Origin: Octopus bimaculoides
Lineage: Eukaryota
Direction: 5' to 3'
Assembly: GCF_001194135.2 (NCBI RefSeq)
Contig: NC_068991.1
Span: 47,652,785-47,716,784 of the forward strand
Length of the DNA stretch: 64,000 nucleotides
Shown here: piece after piece, positions 53,030 to 63,709 of the stretch
Numbering within the stretch: position 1 is the stretch's first letter
How the letters are laid out: the number at the start of each line of letters is the position of its first letter
Notes under the pieces: model-generated
What the model was told of the DNA's origin: nothing
Databases searched by the model: none
The model's input: the letters and a program-made list of their open reading frames with translations, nothing else
Translations under genes and position numbers: made by a program

Positions 53030-53630
53030 CATCATCATCATCATCATCATCGTTTAACGTCCGCTTTCCATGCTAGCATGGGTTGGACGATTTGACTGAG
53101 GACTGGTGAAACTGGATGGCAACACCAGGCTCCAATCTGATTTGGCAGAGTTTCTACAGCTGGATGCCCTTCCTAACGCCAACCACTCAAAGAGTGTAGT
53201 GGGTGCTTTTATGTGTCACCCACACGAAGGCCAGTCAGGCGGTACTGGCAACGGCCACGCTCAAAACGGTGTATTTTATGTGCCACCCGCACAAGAGCCA
53301 GTCCAGGGGCACTGGCAACGATCTCACTCGAAAATCCTACGANNNNNNNNNNCAACACCAGGCTCCAATCTGATTTGGCAGAGTTTCTACAGCTGGATGC
53401 CCTTCCTAACGCCAACCACTCAAAGAGTGTAGTGGGTGCTTTTATGTGTCACCCACACGAAGGCCAGTCAGGCGGTACTGGCAACGGCCACGCTCAAAAC
53501 GGTGTATTTTATGTGCCACCCGCACAAGAGCCAGTCCAGGGGCACTGGCAACGATCTCACTCGAAAATCCTACGAAGGCCAGTCAGGCGGTACTGGCAAT
53601 GGCCACGCTCAAAATGGTGTATTTTATTTA
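53030..53630 (-). mobile_element. RTE 3' end copy; partly duplicated across a 10-N gap
   Basis: Near-identical to 3538-3925 and 29744-30225. Confidence 0.8.
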
Positions 53631-53677
53631 ATGTCAACAGCAATAATGATATCCAGCTAATGATGAAACATCTACAT

Positions 53678-54089
53678 CAGTCATGGGTAAACTGTGGCCC
53701 ATGAGACTTTCTGAATGACATAAAATAAAATAAATGTGCCCTTTTAAAGCCTAGCCAGGCTCATGGGCCCGGTTTCCCGATTTCAATGGCGTATGTGTTC
53801 CCCAGCTGGACAGGACGCCAGTCCATCGCAGCGTTACTCATTTTTGCCAGCTGAGTGGACTGGAGCAATGTGAAATGAAGTGTTTTGCTCAAGAACACAA
53901 CGCGTTGCCCGGTCCAGGAATCGAAACCACAATCTTACGGTCATGATGCTGACACCTTAACCACTAAGCCACGCACCTCCACTCTGAATGACATGCATAA
54001 CGAAAAATTATTTTGAATTTTTTCAGTAGTGCAGTCCACCTCATGATGAACCATGTGGTCTGCTTCTCAAAAAAGGTTGCCCATGCCTG
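53678..54089. mobile_element. Short hAT-like MITE interrupted by a V-domain SINE
   Basis: TIRs cagtcatgggtaaact / aggttgcccatgcctg; TSD degenerate. Confidence 0.6.
53722..53982 (-). mobile_element. V-domain SINE
   Basis: 12-bp TSD tctgaatgacat (53710-53721 and 53983-53994); near-identical to 7398-7660. Confidence 0.9.
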
Positions 54090-54361
54090 AGCAACATGGT
54101 TGTTTGTCCTGCAAAAAGTGGCAATAAAGTCTCTTTTAAATCAGACACTAGATCTTAAAAAAGGGAAAGGCATACCAGATGATGCAGTTCTTGATGTACA
54201 AAAAGAGACAGTAAGCACAATCATTGTTGAAAAGCTTTTGATCATAACTCAGCCCGATCAGCACTGACCTAGGGCTAAAGAACTACAACAGCAACAACAA
54301 CAGTAGTTGTAGTAGTAATGCCAACATCACCATGGAACATCTGACAGGAAGAAAATGTTTT

Positions 54362-54920
54362 GGATCTTTCTGATTTGGCAGCTGCCATTCTTTATTTATG
54401 TTTTATTTAGTGTGTTTTCTACCGAAACACTTTAAAACTTCGAATACTTGTATATTTTGTGTTATAGAACAGAGAAAAATTTTTATATTCGAAGTTATTT
54501 CATATTAAAAGTTGTCATATTTTGGTAATTTTACTACTAACCCTAACTCTAAAACCTTAACCCTAACCCTAAAACTAAAACCAGTACAAACGCACAAACA
54601 ATGTCATAAATAACAGTACCGCCGATAGTTGTTGACAAACAACGGCACTAATTTTATTCAAGGGAAAAGATCCCATTACACCGGTAGAACGTGTTGCTTA
54701 CATTCCACAGCAGTAATTGTTTTCATCTCAATAGACGTCAGTGATTGGTTGAAATTACCGAAATAGGACAATTTTAACACGAAACAACTTTTAAAAAGAC
54801 AAAATTTTCTCAATAACACTAAGAGTAAAAGATGTTTTATATGACACATTCTACCAGTGTCCCAAGTTTGAAAATGTTTCATTAAGAAAACAAGTGGCGC
54901 CTGTCAAATCAGAAAGATCC
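54362..54920. mobile_element. Non-autonomous TIR element with 8-bp TSD and internal telomere-like repeats
   Basis: TIRs ggatctttctgatttggcag / ctgtcaaatcagaaagatcc; TSD aatgtttt (54354-54361 and 54921-54928); internal ccctaactctaaaaccttaaccctaaccctaaaac. Confidence 0.85.
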
Positions 54921-56251
54921 AATGTTTTAAATTAAAATTCAGGAAATAAACCATGTTTATTTTTCTATTTTGTTTACGTAGTGGCATGGAGTCTCAGATT
55001 TAGAGAAAGAGTCCATACATTGTTGGAGCATTAATGCTGTTCTTAATGAGAAACAAAACCTTTTATCTTTTTAACTGACAGTAGTGGTGGATCTCCATTG
55101 TTTGATGATGAGGATTCAGTTGTTCAGTCAACTGAATTATCTGCTTCTGAATTAACGTGTAAGTGGCTGAATATTCCAACAGACATGTGTACCTTTTGAA
55201 TTATAGGTACAATCCACCTAATGGGCCATCTACAGTTAATGTTTACCCAGTTTCACTAACAAAGTATAGACTGACTTGAGGCTATAGAAAATGACATTTG
55301 CTAAAGATGTCTTGCAATGGGATTGAACCTGGGTTCTTGTTGCAAAGTGAACTGTTTAACCATTCAGCCAAGCTGCATCTACTCCATTTGAAAGTATAAC
55401 ACAAAATGGGGTGGAAGGGGCAGATAACTCTAAAATAAGCAATGTAAATTGGACTTACTCATCTACCTATCAGTCTATCATACATACACACTTGCATGCA
55501 TGCACACAGTCATGTTCTTAACTTTGTCACAAGTCTTTCTCTTCTTCCTTTCCATTCTTTTATCAGTCTCTCTCTGTCTCTTTCTTGTTTGCTTTCTCTA
55601 GTTTTACTATTTAATTCTTTCACCCATCAAAATTTTTTCTACCTTTAAAGAGGAGGAAGAGAAAGGGGAAAGGAGCATATTCCTGATGATGTGAAGAGAT
55701 ATTAACATTAGAGGGACTGGGGAGAGAGAGAGAGAGAGGGGGAGAGAGAGATGGAGAGAGAAATAGGGACATGAGAGCAGCAAAGAGAAGAAAATAAGAT
55801 AAATAGAGAGAGGAGAGACAGACAGAGAAGCAGAAGGGAGTAATAGAGAGAAGGAAGGAAGATAAATGGAGGCAAGAACAATAGACAGAGGAAGGAGTAT
55901 AGAGAAGGAAGGGAAAGTGGGAGGAGAGAGACAGGGAGGAAAGAAAGAGGGAGAGATAGATAAAGAGTGAAGCAGGATAACTGAAAAGAAAGTATGAGAG
56001 ATAGAGGGAGGGAGGAAGGGAGAGAGGGTATTAGAGAAATTCTTTGCTACAAGCAGCAGAGGTAACAGCTTCCTACACTTATTTTCCCCTGTTTTTACCT
56101 TAGCTGCACTGTTTTCTCTAGAAGTTACCCCACACTAATTACGTAATCTGTGTAACAGAACTTCTCTGTAAACATGTAACAAAAATAAACAGTTACATTT
56201 GAAAACAACTGAAAACAATGTAAAAACAAAAGGCCCAATTATGTCTCTTAC

Positions 56252-56433
56252 TGTTTCTCTGCTTCTGCTTTCTCATATAAGAGTTCTTTAGTTTTCAGTT
56301 CTATAGTTCCTAGGGTATGCCGAAGGTTTGCTGTGGTCTGTGCCAATGTCTCGTTTTTCTTTGATAATGTCTCAGTCTCTCCTTCTTTCTCTTTTAAAGC
56401 TGTTAGAATTTTCTCTCTTTCGGATGCCAATAT
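56252..56433 (-). CDS. PLEKHD1: PLEKHD1-like coding exon, 182 nt (phase 0 to 2), ILASEREKILTALKEKEGETETL...EKAEAEK
   Basis: Acceptor tttcaacttcttttcag, donor CA|gtaaga; coincides with track ORF 56248..56430; coiled-coil composition. Confidence 0.9.
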
Positions 56434-56499
56434 CTGAAAAGAAGTTGAAAGATAAGAATTTGTGAAAATGAATGAATAGTTCAGAAGAAATTCATAACA

Positions 56500-57262
56500 C
56501 CACAGGCTTCCCTTCCTAAATTGAGCCAGCGGGGCTTGACCAAGGAGACAGTGAAAAGCCTGAGGGTATGATTTCTCGTTCTATGACGGTAGGCTCCAGA
56601 TCTGGGATGCCATGTGCTGTAACACCTTCTCCAGTGGCAACATGGTGTGTTCAGCTTACTAGTCCAGACTCTGCTGCTAGTCAGACTGAGAAAAACAAAC
56701 TGTCAAGATATCAGTCGCTGTCTGACAGGTACAGAAATACTTCACTTTACAAGCTTTATTTTTCAAGCACAAGATCCAAATTTTGAACAAAGTGCAAAAG
56801 TTTCTACTACCATAACAAATGCTTCTGCATGCAACAGAGATTTATAGAGAGCAGAAAAAAGGCTTCTCCTAAGCAAACAACTCTAGGCTTGTTTTTTTAA
56901 AAAGAAATCTACAAGTCTGTCTATGAGTGCTTATAAATCGATGATCATGTCTACAAGTGATGGTGTGCACAAGTCTAGTGTGAGTGAAAGTGATTCAGAA
57001 AACGATTATGATAGTAATATTTCTTATTATAAACGATCTTGACATTCTTTTCACTTTACATAATATATTCTTTACATTCTACTGTGGTTTTATTGCCATT
57101 TATTTATGAGTATTAGAAGTTTTATAAGTAAAATATCTTTCTGGGAATGAATTATGATTTATAACATTGTTACTATGAGAAGTTATTGCTCTGCTTTATG
57201 AGTTTTTGATTTATAAGCAGTCTCCGAGAACAAGATAACTTGTATATCGAGGCATTACAGTA
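56500..57262 (+). mobile_element. Tigger/pogo transposon 3' remnant
   Basis: Broken peptide FQAQDPNFEQSAKVSTTITNASACNRDL...KQ.TL..FFKKK resembles the Tigger-type transposase C-terminus; end cttgtatatcgaggcattacagta resembles a pogo TIR. Confidence 0.65.
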
Positions 57263-57671
57263 TATGGTTGAGCCTATGGCAGTGGAAGACCATCCCATCT
57301 CTTTCCTATGTGGAGGCAACTCAAGCCCACTTTATCTAATATGTTTTTTTCTAAAATGGTTTGATGTAACAAATCAAGTGACCATGAAGTTATTTCAGCT
57401 TGCCTTGAATATGTGATAGTTTTCATGCTTTGACAACTGTATTTCTGTTGAAATACACTGCCTTTGCTGTACATAATTTTGAAGATAATGAATAATTTAG
57501 GAAAATAATCTAATCATTATTAAGCTAGTGTCTGGAATTGAAATTAACATAGAATTTTGATGGAAGGTCTTAATTTAGATACTTTAAAACAGGAAGTTTG
57601 TAGAAACAGGGTTGGGTTCAGTTAGGCAGGTATCAAAAGGTTTAAACCAAGGAGCATGCTAGGGTCTAGGG

Positions 57672-58000
57672 GAGTAGTTCTGAACAGGGGTCCATATAAG
57701 GTTTTGGGGGATCCATGGAAGCAAAATAGTAAATTAGGGATCCATAGTAGTATTGTAAAGGTCCATGGAAAAACTTGGTTTAGATGTATTTATTGGAAGA
57801 AACAGCTAAGTTTTTCTCTCTAATGTTTTACATAGTTCAAACTATGTAAGTTAATGTGTGAATAACAAAACGAAATAAGTATATTTAGAAAGAAGTATCT
57901 AGAAAACTAATTTGTAAACATTGAATGTCTATGGAAGCCCACAAGAATAAAATAGTAATGAAAGGTGTCCATAGATGAAAAATGGTTGAGAAATACTAGT
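57672..58000. mobile_element. Old hAT-type MITE related to 50692-51379
   Basis: Degenerate termini agtagttctgaacaggggtccat / ggttgagaaatactag; ggggatccatgg interior. Confidence 0.55.
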
Positions 58001-59669
58001 CTAGGAGATGTTGTTGCTGTTGATTCCTGATCAAAGGCATTTCAGCCAAGACCATTCCGTTCTTCTTCAGATGGCATATCTAAGATTGTATTATCTATCC
58101 TGTCCTTCCTTTGAATGATATTTCTTGCAGGTCAAGCAAGCATAACAAGGAGCCTTTCTGTGGCTGCTCAACTTGTTAGTAACAATAACCAAATCTCCCT
58201 CAGCTTACATGTTGTACCGTATTAGAAAAAGGAAGGACACATTGGAACATGTGGTTCTGGATACTCCTGAAAAAGACAGGACATTCACAAGTAGAATGTC
58301 TTTGACAATGGGTCTACCTGATTGGGGCTAAACCAGGGTTAAACCACTACATCAATAACATAGAGATCTCCGTTAGGCCCTGGTCAAGCGACTACGTAGA
58401 AGGCATTTAATTGGTCAGATATACAACCAATAAGAAGACACAGACGCTGATTTAATCAACCAAATTCTTTCTTTCCCTCCTTCCTTTGGCCTTCTTCCTA
58501 ACCAAAACAAATCTTTGTTGTAAACAAGGAAAAAAGAAAAAAAAAAGTCAACAACCAAAAACAGTGATGGGAACTATAAAAAGAAAAGTAAAACAATATA
58601 CAAGATGAAGTTTGGCACACTTCCATATTCTGTCTGTCTGTCTGTCTCTCTCTTGCTATCTCTTTCTTTTCTCCAAAGAGAACATGATGAAATAATGTAA
58701 TGTTGATAGTGTATGTGTGTGTGTACATGCATTCACTATAGCCAGCATACCTTCAAACTGAGAGAGGGGGAAGAGAGAGAGAGGGAAAGAAGTGTGAGGT
58801 GGAGCAAGAGAGAGAAGGGAATGAAAAGGGAGATGGAAGTGGAGAGAGAGAGAGAGAGAGAGAGAGTGAGAGAAAAGAGACAGGTGGGAGATGGAAAGAC
58901 AGCATAAAAGATAAGGAGAGGAAGAGAGGGAAGTGGTAGGTGAGAGAGAAAAGGAAGTGAGAGTAAGAGAAGAATGGAGAGAAAAGAAAAACAAGTACAA
59001 AAACTCTCAAAAAATATAGAAGCAGAGTACTAGGTCTGTTCTTTCATAGCTGCATAGAAATTTTAATGCATCAGAAAAAAAAAATTGTTGGAAAACCCAG
59101 GAACAAAAACCATAAAATTTTTCTGTTAATTAATTGTTAAAAGGTGGTGAAAATTGAAGTGTTTTGGTCAGGTAACACAAAATCACTGTCTGTAGCATAT
59201 ACGGTCATACATGGATGAACTCCAGGTAAAAAAAAAAGAGGAAAATAGGAAGACTACAAAGGAGAGGTTGAATAGAAAGGGAGGAAAATGAGGATGGCAG
59301 GTGATGGGAGACAGACAGTGAGTTGGGGAGCAAGTTGTATCTCTTGCTGTCTGCTTAGAGCCAGCCTAGAATATGGATTTTGACTGATTGATAATAATAT
59401 GATGAAGGAGGAAGAGAGAGAGATAAAAAGAAAGAGAGAGAGAAAAAAGAAAGAGAGAGAGAGAGAGAGAAAAAAAGAAAGAGAGAGAGAGACACACACA
59501 CACACACACATACTGTGAGGGAATGTGTGTGTTCATGTGTTGTAAACAGGATATGCAATACACAATAAATTTTTACATAACTACCTAATCTTTTCTTTTA
59601 CCAAGGTATGAACGTGTAGGATAGATACCCCCCCCCCCACATGTATATATACACACACATACATATCAA

Positions 59670-60115
59670 ATATGGCTGTATGATTATGAAGTTCATTATG
59701 AAACCAGATAGCTTCGTGTCCAATCCTTCTGCCCAACACCTTCAAGAAGTGTCTTTTACTATAGCCCTGAGCCAACTAAAATACTGTGAGTGGATTTGGC
59801 TGACAGAATTCTGTTTTGTTTTGCGTGTGTGTGTGCACGTGCATGTGCACACATATTTGTGTCTCATTGTCATGACATTGTGCACTAAAGGCAAACAAGT
59901 GTCACCATTATACAACTGATGTCATTTACTTCCAGTATTCAATGAAAATATGTCCAATCATGTTTGAAGGACTAAAGGAAATATTTCCTTAATTTGAGAC
60001 AGATAAGGGTTGGCAACAGGAAGAGCATTAAGGCATAGCAAATCTGAGTTAACGAATTTCATCAGGCCCATGCAAGCATGAAAAGTGGACTGTAAAACGA
60101 TGACACTGATGATAT
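59670..60115 (+). mobile_element. SINE (head A + RTE-like tail)
   Basis: Homologous to 1700-2110. Confidence 0.7.
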
Positions 60116-60120
60116 TATAT

Positions 60121-60400
60121 GGGAGTGGCTGTGCGGTAAGTAACTTGCTTACCAACCACATGGTTCCTGGTTCAGTTCCACTGCATGTCACCTTGGGCAA
60201 GTGTCCTCTGCTATAGACTCAGGCCGACCAAAGCCTTGTGAGTGGATTTGATAGACGGAAACTGAAAGAAGCCTGTTGTGTATATATATATGTGTGTGTG
60301 TGTGTGTTTGTCTCCCCACCATTGCTTGACAACCAATGCTGGCATGTCTACGTCCCTGTAACTTAGCGGTTTGGAAAAGAGGCCAATAGAATAAGTATAA
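60121..60400 (+). mobile_element. SINE family A lacking its 3' tail
   Basis: gggagtggctgtgcggtaag... through aatagaataagta, followed directly by RTE sequence. Confidence 0.85.
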
Positions 60401-60429
60401 GAGGCTGATAGAATATATATATATATATA

Positions 60430-61575
60430 TATTCTAAGAGAGAGAAAGAAATTTCTAGACAAGAAATTTCAGGTATGGAATCAAAGGGCCTTAGAGTTAA
60501 TTTAGCAAAGACCAAAGTCTTAATAAGTAGGAAAACAGACAAATCACAGGTCTCTTCAGAGAGACGACCATGTTTGGTATGTAGAAAATGTGTCAGGAGA
60601 AACTCCATATGGTGTACCCAGTGCAAGCAATGGACACATAAGAGGTGCAGCAGTATCACAGGAAGGTTAACAGAGAAAGTAGCCTTTGTGTGTGGCAGAT
60701 GTGCAGGTGTAATAAACACTAGGAATGTGTAAAAAATAAACTTCCTCAAATGTCAGGGGGATCCTTAGAAGTAGTAGACAGTTTCTGTTACTTAGGTGAT
60801 CAAGTTAGCAGTGGTGGAGGTTGTTTCAAAAGCATAGCTGCTAGAATAAGAATAGGCTGGGCAAAGTCCAGAGAGCTATTCTCTCTGTTAGTAATGAAAG
60901 GCCTCTCCCTCCGAGTGAAAGTAAGATTGTATGATACATGTGTATGAACAGCTATGCTACATGGCAGTGAGATGTGGGCTGTGACTACCGAAGATATGTG
61001 AAGGCTTGAAAGAAATGAAGCCATTATGGTCTGCTGGATGGGTAATATCAGTGTAAGTGATGTAAGAGAAAAACTGGATATACGAGGCCTCAGATGTAGA
61101 GTGCAAGAGAGAAGACTGTGCTGGTATGGTCATGTAATGCATATGAATGAAGACAGTTGTATCAACAGATGCCAATCTCTAATTGTGGAAGGAATGTGTG
61201 GAAAGGGCAGACTCAGGAAGATGTGGGGCAAAGTGGTGAGAAAGGAACTACAGACATTAAGTCTCACAGAGGGGATGTCAGGAGACTGAGATTCCAGGTG
61301 GTTTGCAGTGCTTGAAAAGACATGCCAGGTTAAGTAAAATTGTGGTTGTCCTTGCATACAGGCACATCCCCTGCATCCTTCTTCAGCTGAGCATTCCTAA
61401 TCCTGTGGGCTTGTGGGTGCTGGTGCCAGATAAAAAGCACCCATACTGATGTCATGTAAAAGCACCAGTGCCAGTGCTGCATAAAAGCACTCAGTACACT
61501 TTGTAAAGTGGTTGGTGTTAGGAAGAGCATCCAACCATAGAAACCAAGCTAAAACAGATAAGGAACCCGGCAGTT
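60430..61575 (+). mobile_element. 5'-truncated RTE-clade LINE (end of ORF + 3' UTR)
   Basis: ESKGLRVNLAKTKVL, Cys/His cluster, LEVVDSFCYLG, ARIRIGWAK, LHGSE.W, RRLCWYGHVMHM; 3' UTR with gtggttggtgttaggaagagcatcca. Confidence 0.9.
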
Positions 61576-61649
61576 CTTTCATTGATCCTAGTAAATTGAC
61601 TGATAATTGTTTATTTTATTAGCTATAATGGTGGCAGGTGTGGCTGTCA

Positions 61650-61792
61650 TCATCATCGTAGTTGTTTAACGTCAGCTTTCCATGCTGGCATGGGTTGGAC
61701 GGTTTGACTGAGGACTGGTGAGCCAGAAGGCTGCACCAGGCTCAATCTGATCTGGTGAAGTTTCTACAGCTGGATGCCCTTCCTAATGCCAT
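61650..61792 (-). mobile_element. Short RTE 3' tail copy
   Basis: Homologous to 3538-3690. Confidence 0.75.
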
Positions 61793-61959
61793 ATTTCTGC
61801 AGTAGGCAACATTACTGGAAGGAAGAGAAGTTAGTTCTCTTATTAAAAGTATGACTTTATGTCTTTTGTGTTATGTATTGTTGTTGCTTCCTGTTATTGT
61901 TATCTATCCCCCAAATTAACCTAGATTAAGAAAACTATGCCCAAAGATGTTCTAGTGAT

Positions 61960-62250
61960 GACTGTTGTATCTTTTACAGAAAATTGCTCCCAAGATAGCA
62001 ACTACAATTGCTCAAAGATGGTTAAAATTTGCAGGACATTGTAGGAGAAGTAAGCAGGAAGTTATACACAAGCTACTATTGCAGGAACCAACTCATGAGA
62101 GACACAGTAGAGGAAGACCTGCTGAAACAGTCACCAATCAACTCTCAGACGATACAAACCTCAGTAACAAGCAGTTGCCACAAGCAATGGGAAATCAAGA
62201 ATTGTAGAGAAACTGTCAGAAATGTTTGACCATGGTCACAATGAATGAAC
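61960..62250 (+). mobile_element. 3' ORF remnant of a second RTE-like LINE lineage
   Basis: QRWLKFAGHCRRSKQEVIHKLLL..P......RGRP.....QL..DT matches the RTE-group C-terminal pattern. Confidence 0.7.
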
Positions 62251-62369
62251 AAACACTATACTGTCCAATGTGTTCTTCCAATTTCAAAAGGGAAGGGTCT
62301 GATTTGAGTGAGATTTGGTTACTGTCTCTAGCAAGTTGAGTATCCTCTTTGACTTGAGCTGCTGTTGTA

Positions 62370-62600
62370 GTATGAAGCTTGCTGTACTAAAGCAGAACAG
62401 CTGACATGCTAATTATAATTTCCTGTAATTTCTTATATACAAATCAGCTACTGGATAAAGTTGGTAAATCAATATTCAACTTTTATTGTATGAAGCTTGT
62501 TGTACTTAGGTACAATGGCTGACGTGCTAACTTATAATTTCTTATATATACCATAAGCCAGGTTATAAAGTTGGTAGGTCTGCACTCAACTTTTATTGCT
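62370..62600. repeat. Local direct duplication (about 115 bp x2, diverged)
   Basis: tatgaagcttg.tgtact...gctgac.tgctaa.ttataatttc...ataaagttggta....tcaacttttattg occurs twice. Confidence 0.75.
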
Positions 62601-62964
62601 TCACTTTCCATTGTTATCCACTCTGTTAATATTTGGGAAAGAAGCCAAGCGTAAATTTGTCCATACGAACATTAATGAAGCTGTTTAATTGAGCCCAATG
62701 TTTGAACAATATTGATTTCTTTCTTAGGTGTTGATATACATCTATGTGAGTGCATGTTTCTTTTGTCTGTGTGTGTGTGAGTTTGTGTGTGCATGTATAA
62801 AAAGCTGAGATTATAGTTCAATGACATAACCCCTTGTATATTACTGGTTAGGGTTACAGCTGGTTGGGTTTATTGTGGACTTGGTTGTATGCTCTATAGG
62901 TTTGTATCTTCAGCAACGGCACTGAACTTTATTTTTTTAACATACCATTCTTACTGAGTGGAAG

Positions 62965-63480
62965 CATGTGGTTTAATGGTTAGGGTGCTGTACCTGTGAT
63001 CATAAGATTGTGGTTTTGATTCCTGGACATTGTGTTCTTGAGCAAAACACTTAATTTCACTCAGCTGATAAAAATGAGAGTAATCCTGCAACAGACCAGC
63101 ATCCCATCCAGGTGGTGAATATATATGCCATGAAAACTAGGAAACTGACCTAAAAAGAAGAAAGGCAAAATCTACTTTGGCAGAATTTGAACTCAGAATG
63201 TAAACATGGTGTCCAGTATGTTAACAATTCTGCTAGCTCATCACTTTGATGATGATGATGTAATAATAATCCTTTCTGCTATAGGAATAAGGCCTGGAAT
63301 TTAGGTGGGAAGGGACTAGCCAATTACATCGACTCCAGTGTCCAATTATTTTATCAACCCCAAAAGAATGAAAGGCAAAGTCAACTTCAGTGGAATTTGA
63401 ACTCAGAACATAAAGCCAGAAGAAATATCATTAAGGATTTTATCCAGTGCAGTAGCAATTCTGCCAGCTTAACTGCCTTA
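62965..63480. mobile_element. Degraded V-SINE (+, about 62965-63145) followed by SINE C copies (-, about 63170-63480)
   Basis: Motif matches to the copies above. Confidence 0.65.
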
Positions 63481-63709
63481 ATGATAATAAGCTTATTGTA
63501 TACAGTGCTCAGGTGTACTACAACTCAGAAACAGAAAGCAGAAGAATAAATCAGTTAAAGAAAGACAGCAATGAAAGCTAGAAGTACAAATAATAAAACA
63601 CACAAAAGTAGAAAAGTTGACATTAAAAGAGTCAGAAAGGAGGAAAGGGTGCATAGGTACAATGCAAAGTTTAGAAGAGATGTATCATTGAAATTAATCA
63701 CAGCCTTAC

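Larger units (their letters stand above)
5706..53352. other. Assembly gaps at 5706-6003, 25392-25577, 29925-29934, 37605-38104, 40702-40798, 53343-53352
   Basis: N runs, each adjoining a microsatellite, tandem repeat or young repeat copy. Confidence 0.99.

Noticed and set aside
29800-53480. Apparent tandem duplications in the RTE tails at 29744-30000 and 53100-53480
   Set aside because: Identical sequence on both sides of 10-N gaps indicates unmerged overlapping contig ends
54540-54580. Telomeric repeat as a chromosome end or fusion scar
   Set aside because: Very short and degenerate, and internal to a TSD-flanked transposon
56568-56847. Overlapping + ORFs as a host gene
   Set aside because: Better explained as frameshifted Tigger/pogo transposase remnants
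1006-59563. Many YIYIYI / THTHTH / SLSLSL / RERERE ORFs
   Set aside because: Translations of (TA)n, (CA)n and (GA)n microsatellites; no coding signal
1700-60200. tRNA-like A/B-box sequences
   Set aside because: They are SINE heads continuing into SINE cores; none forms a full cloverleaf gene
3113-61792. Overall minus-strand bias of young SINE A and RTE tails
   Set aside because: Few copies, not independent because of stacking, and V-type SINEs show no bias
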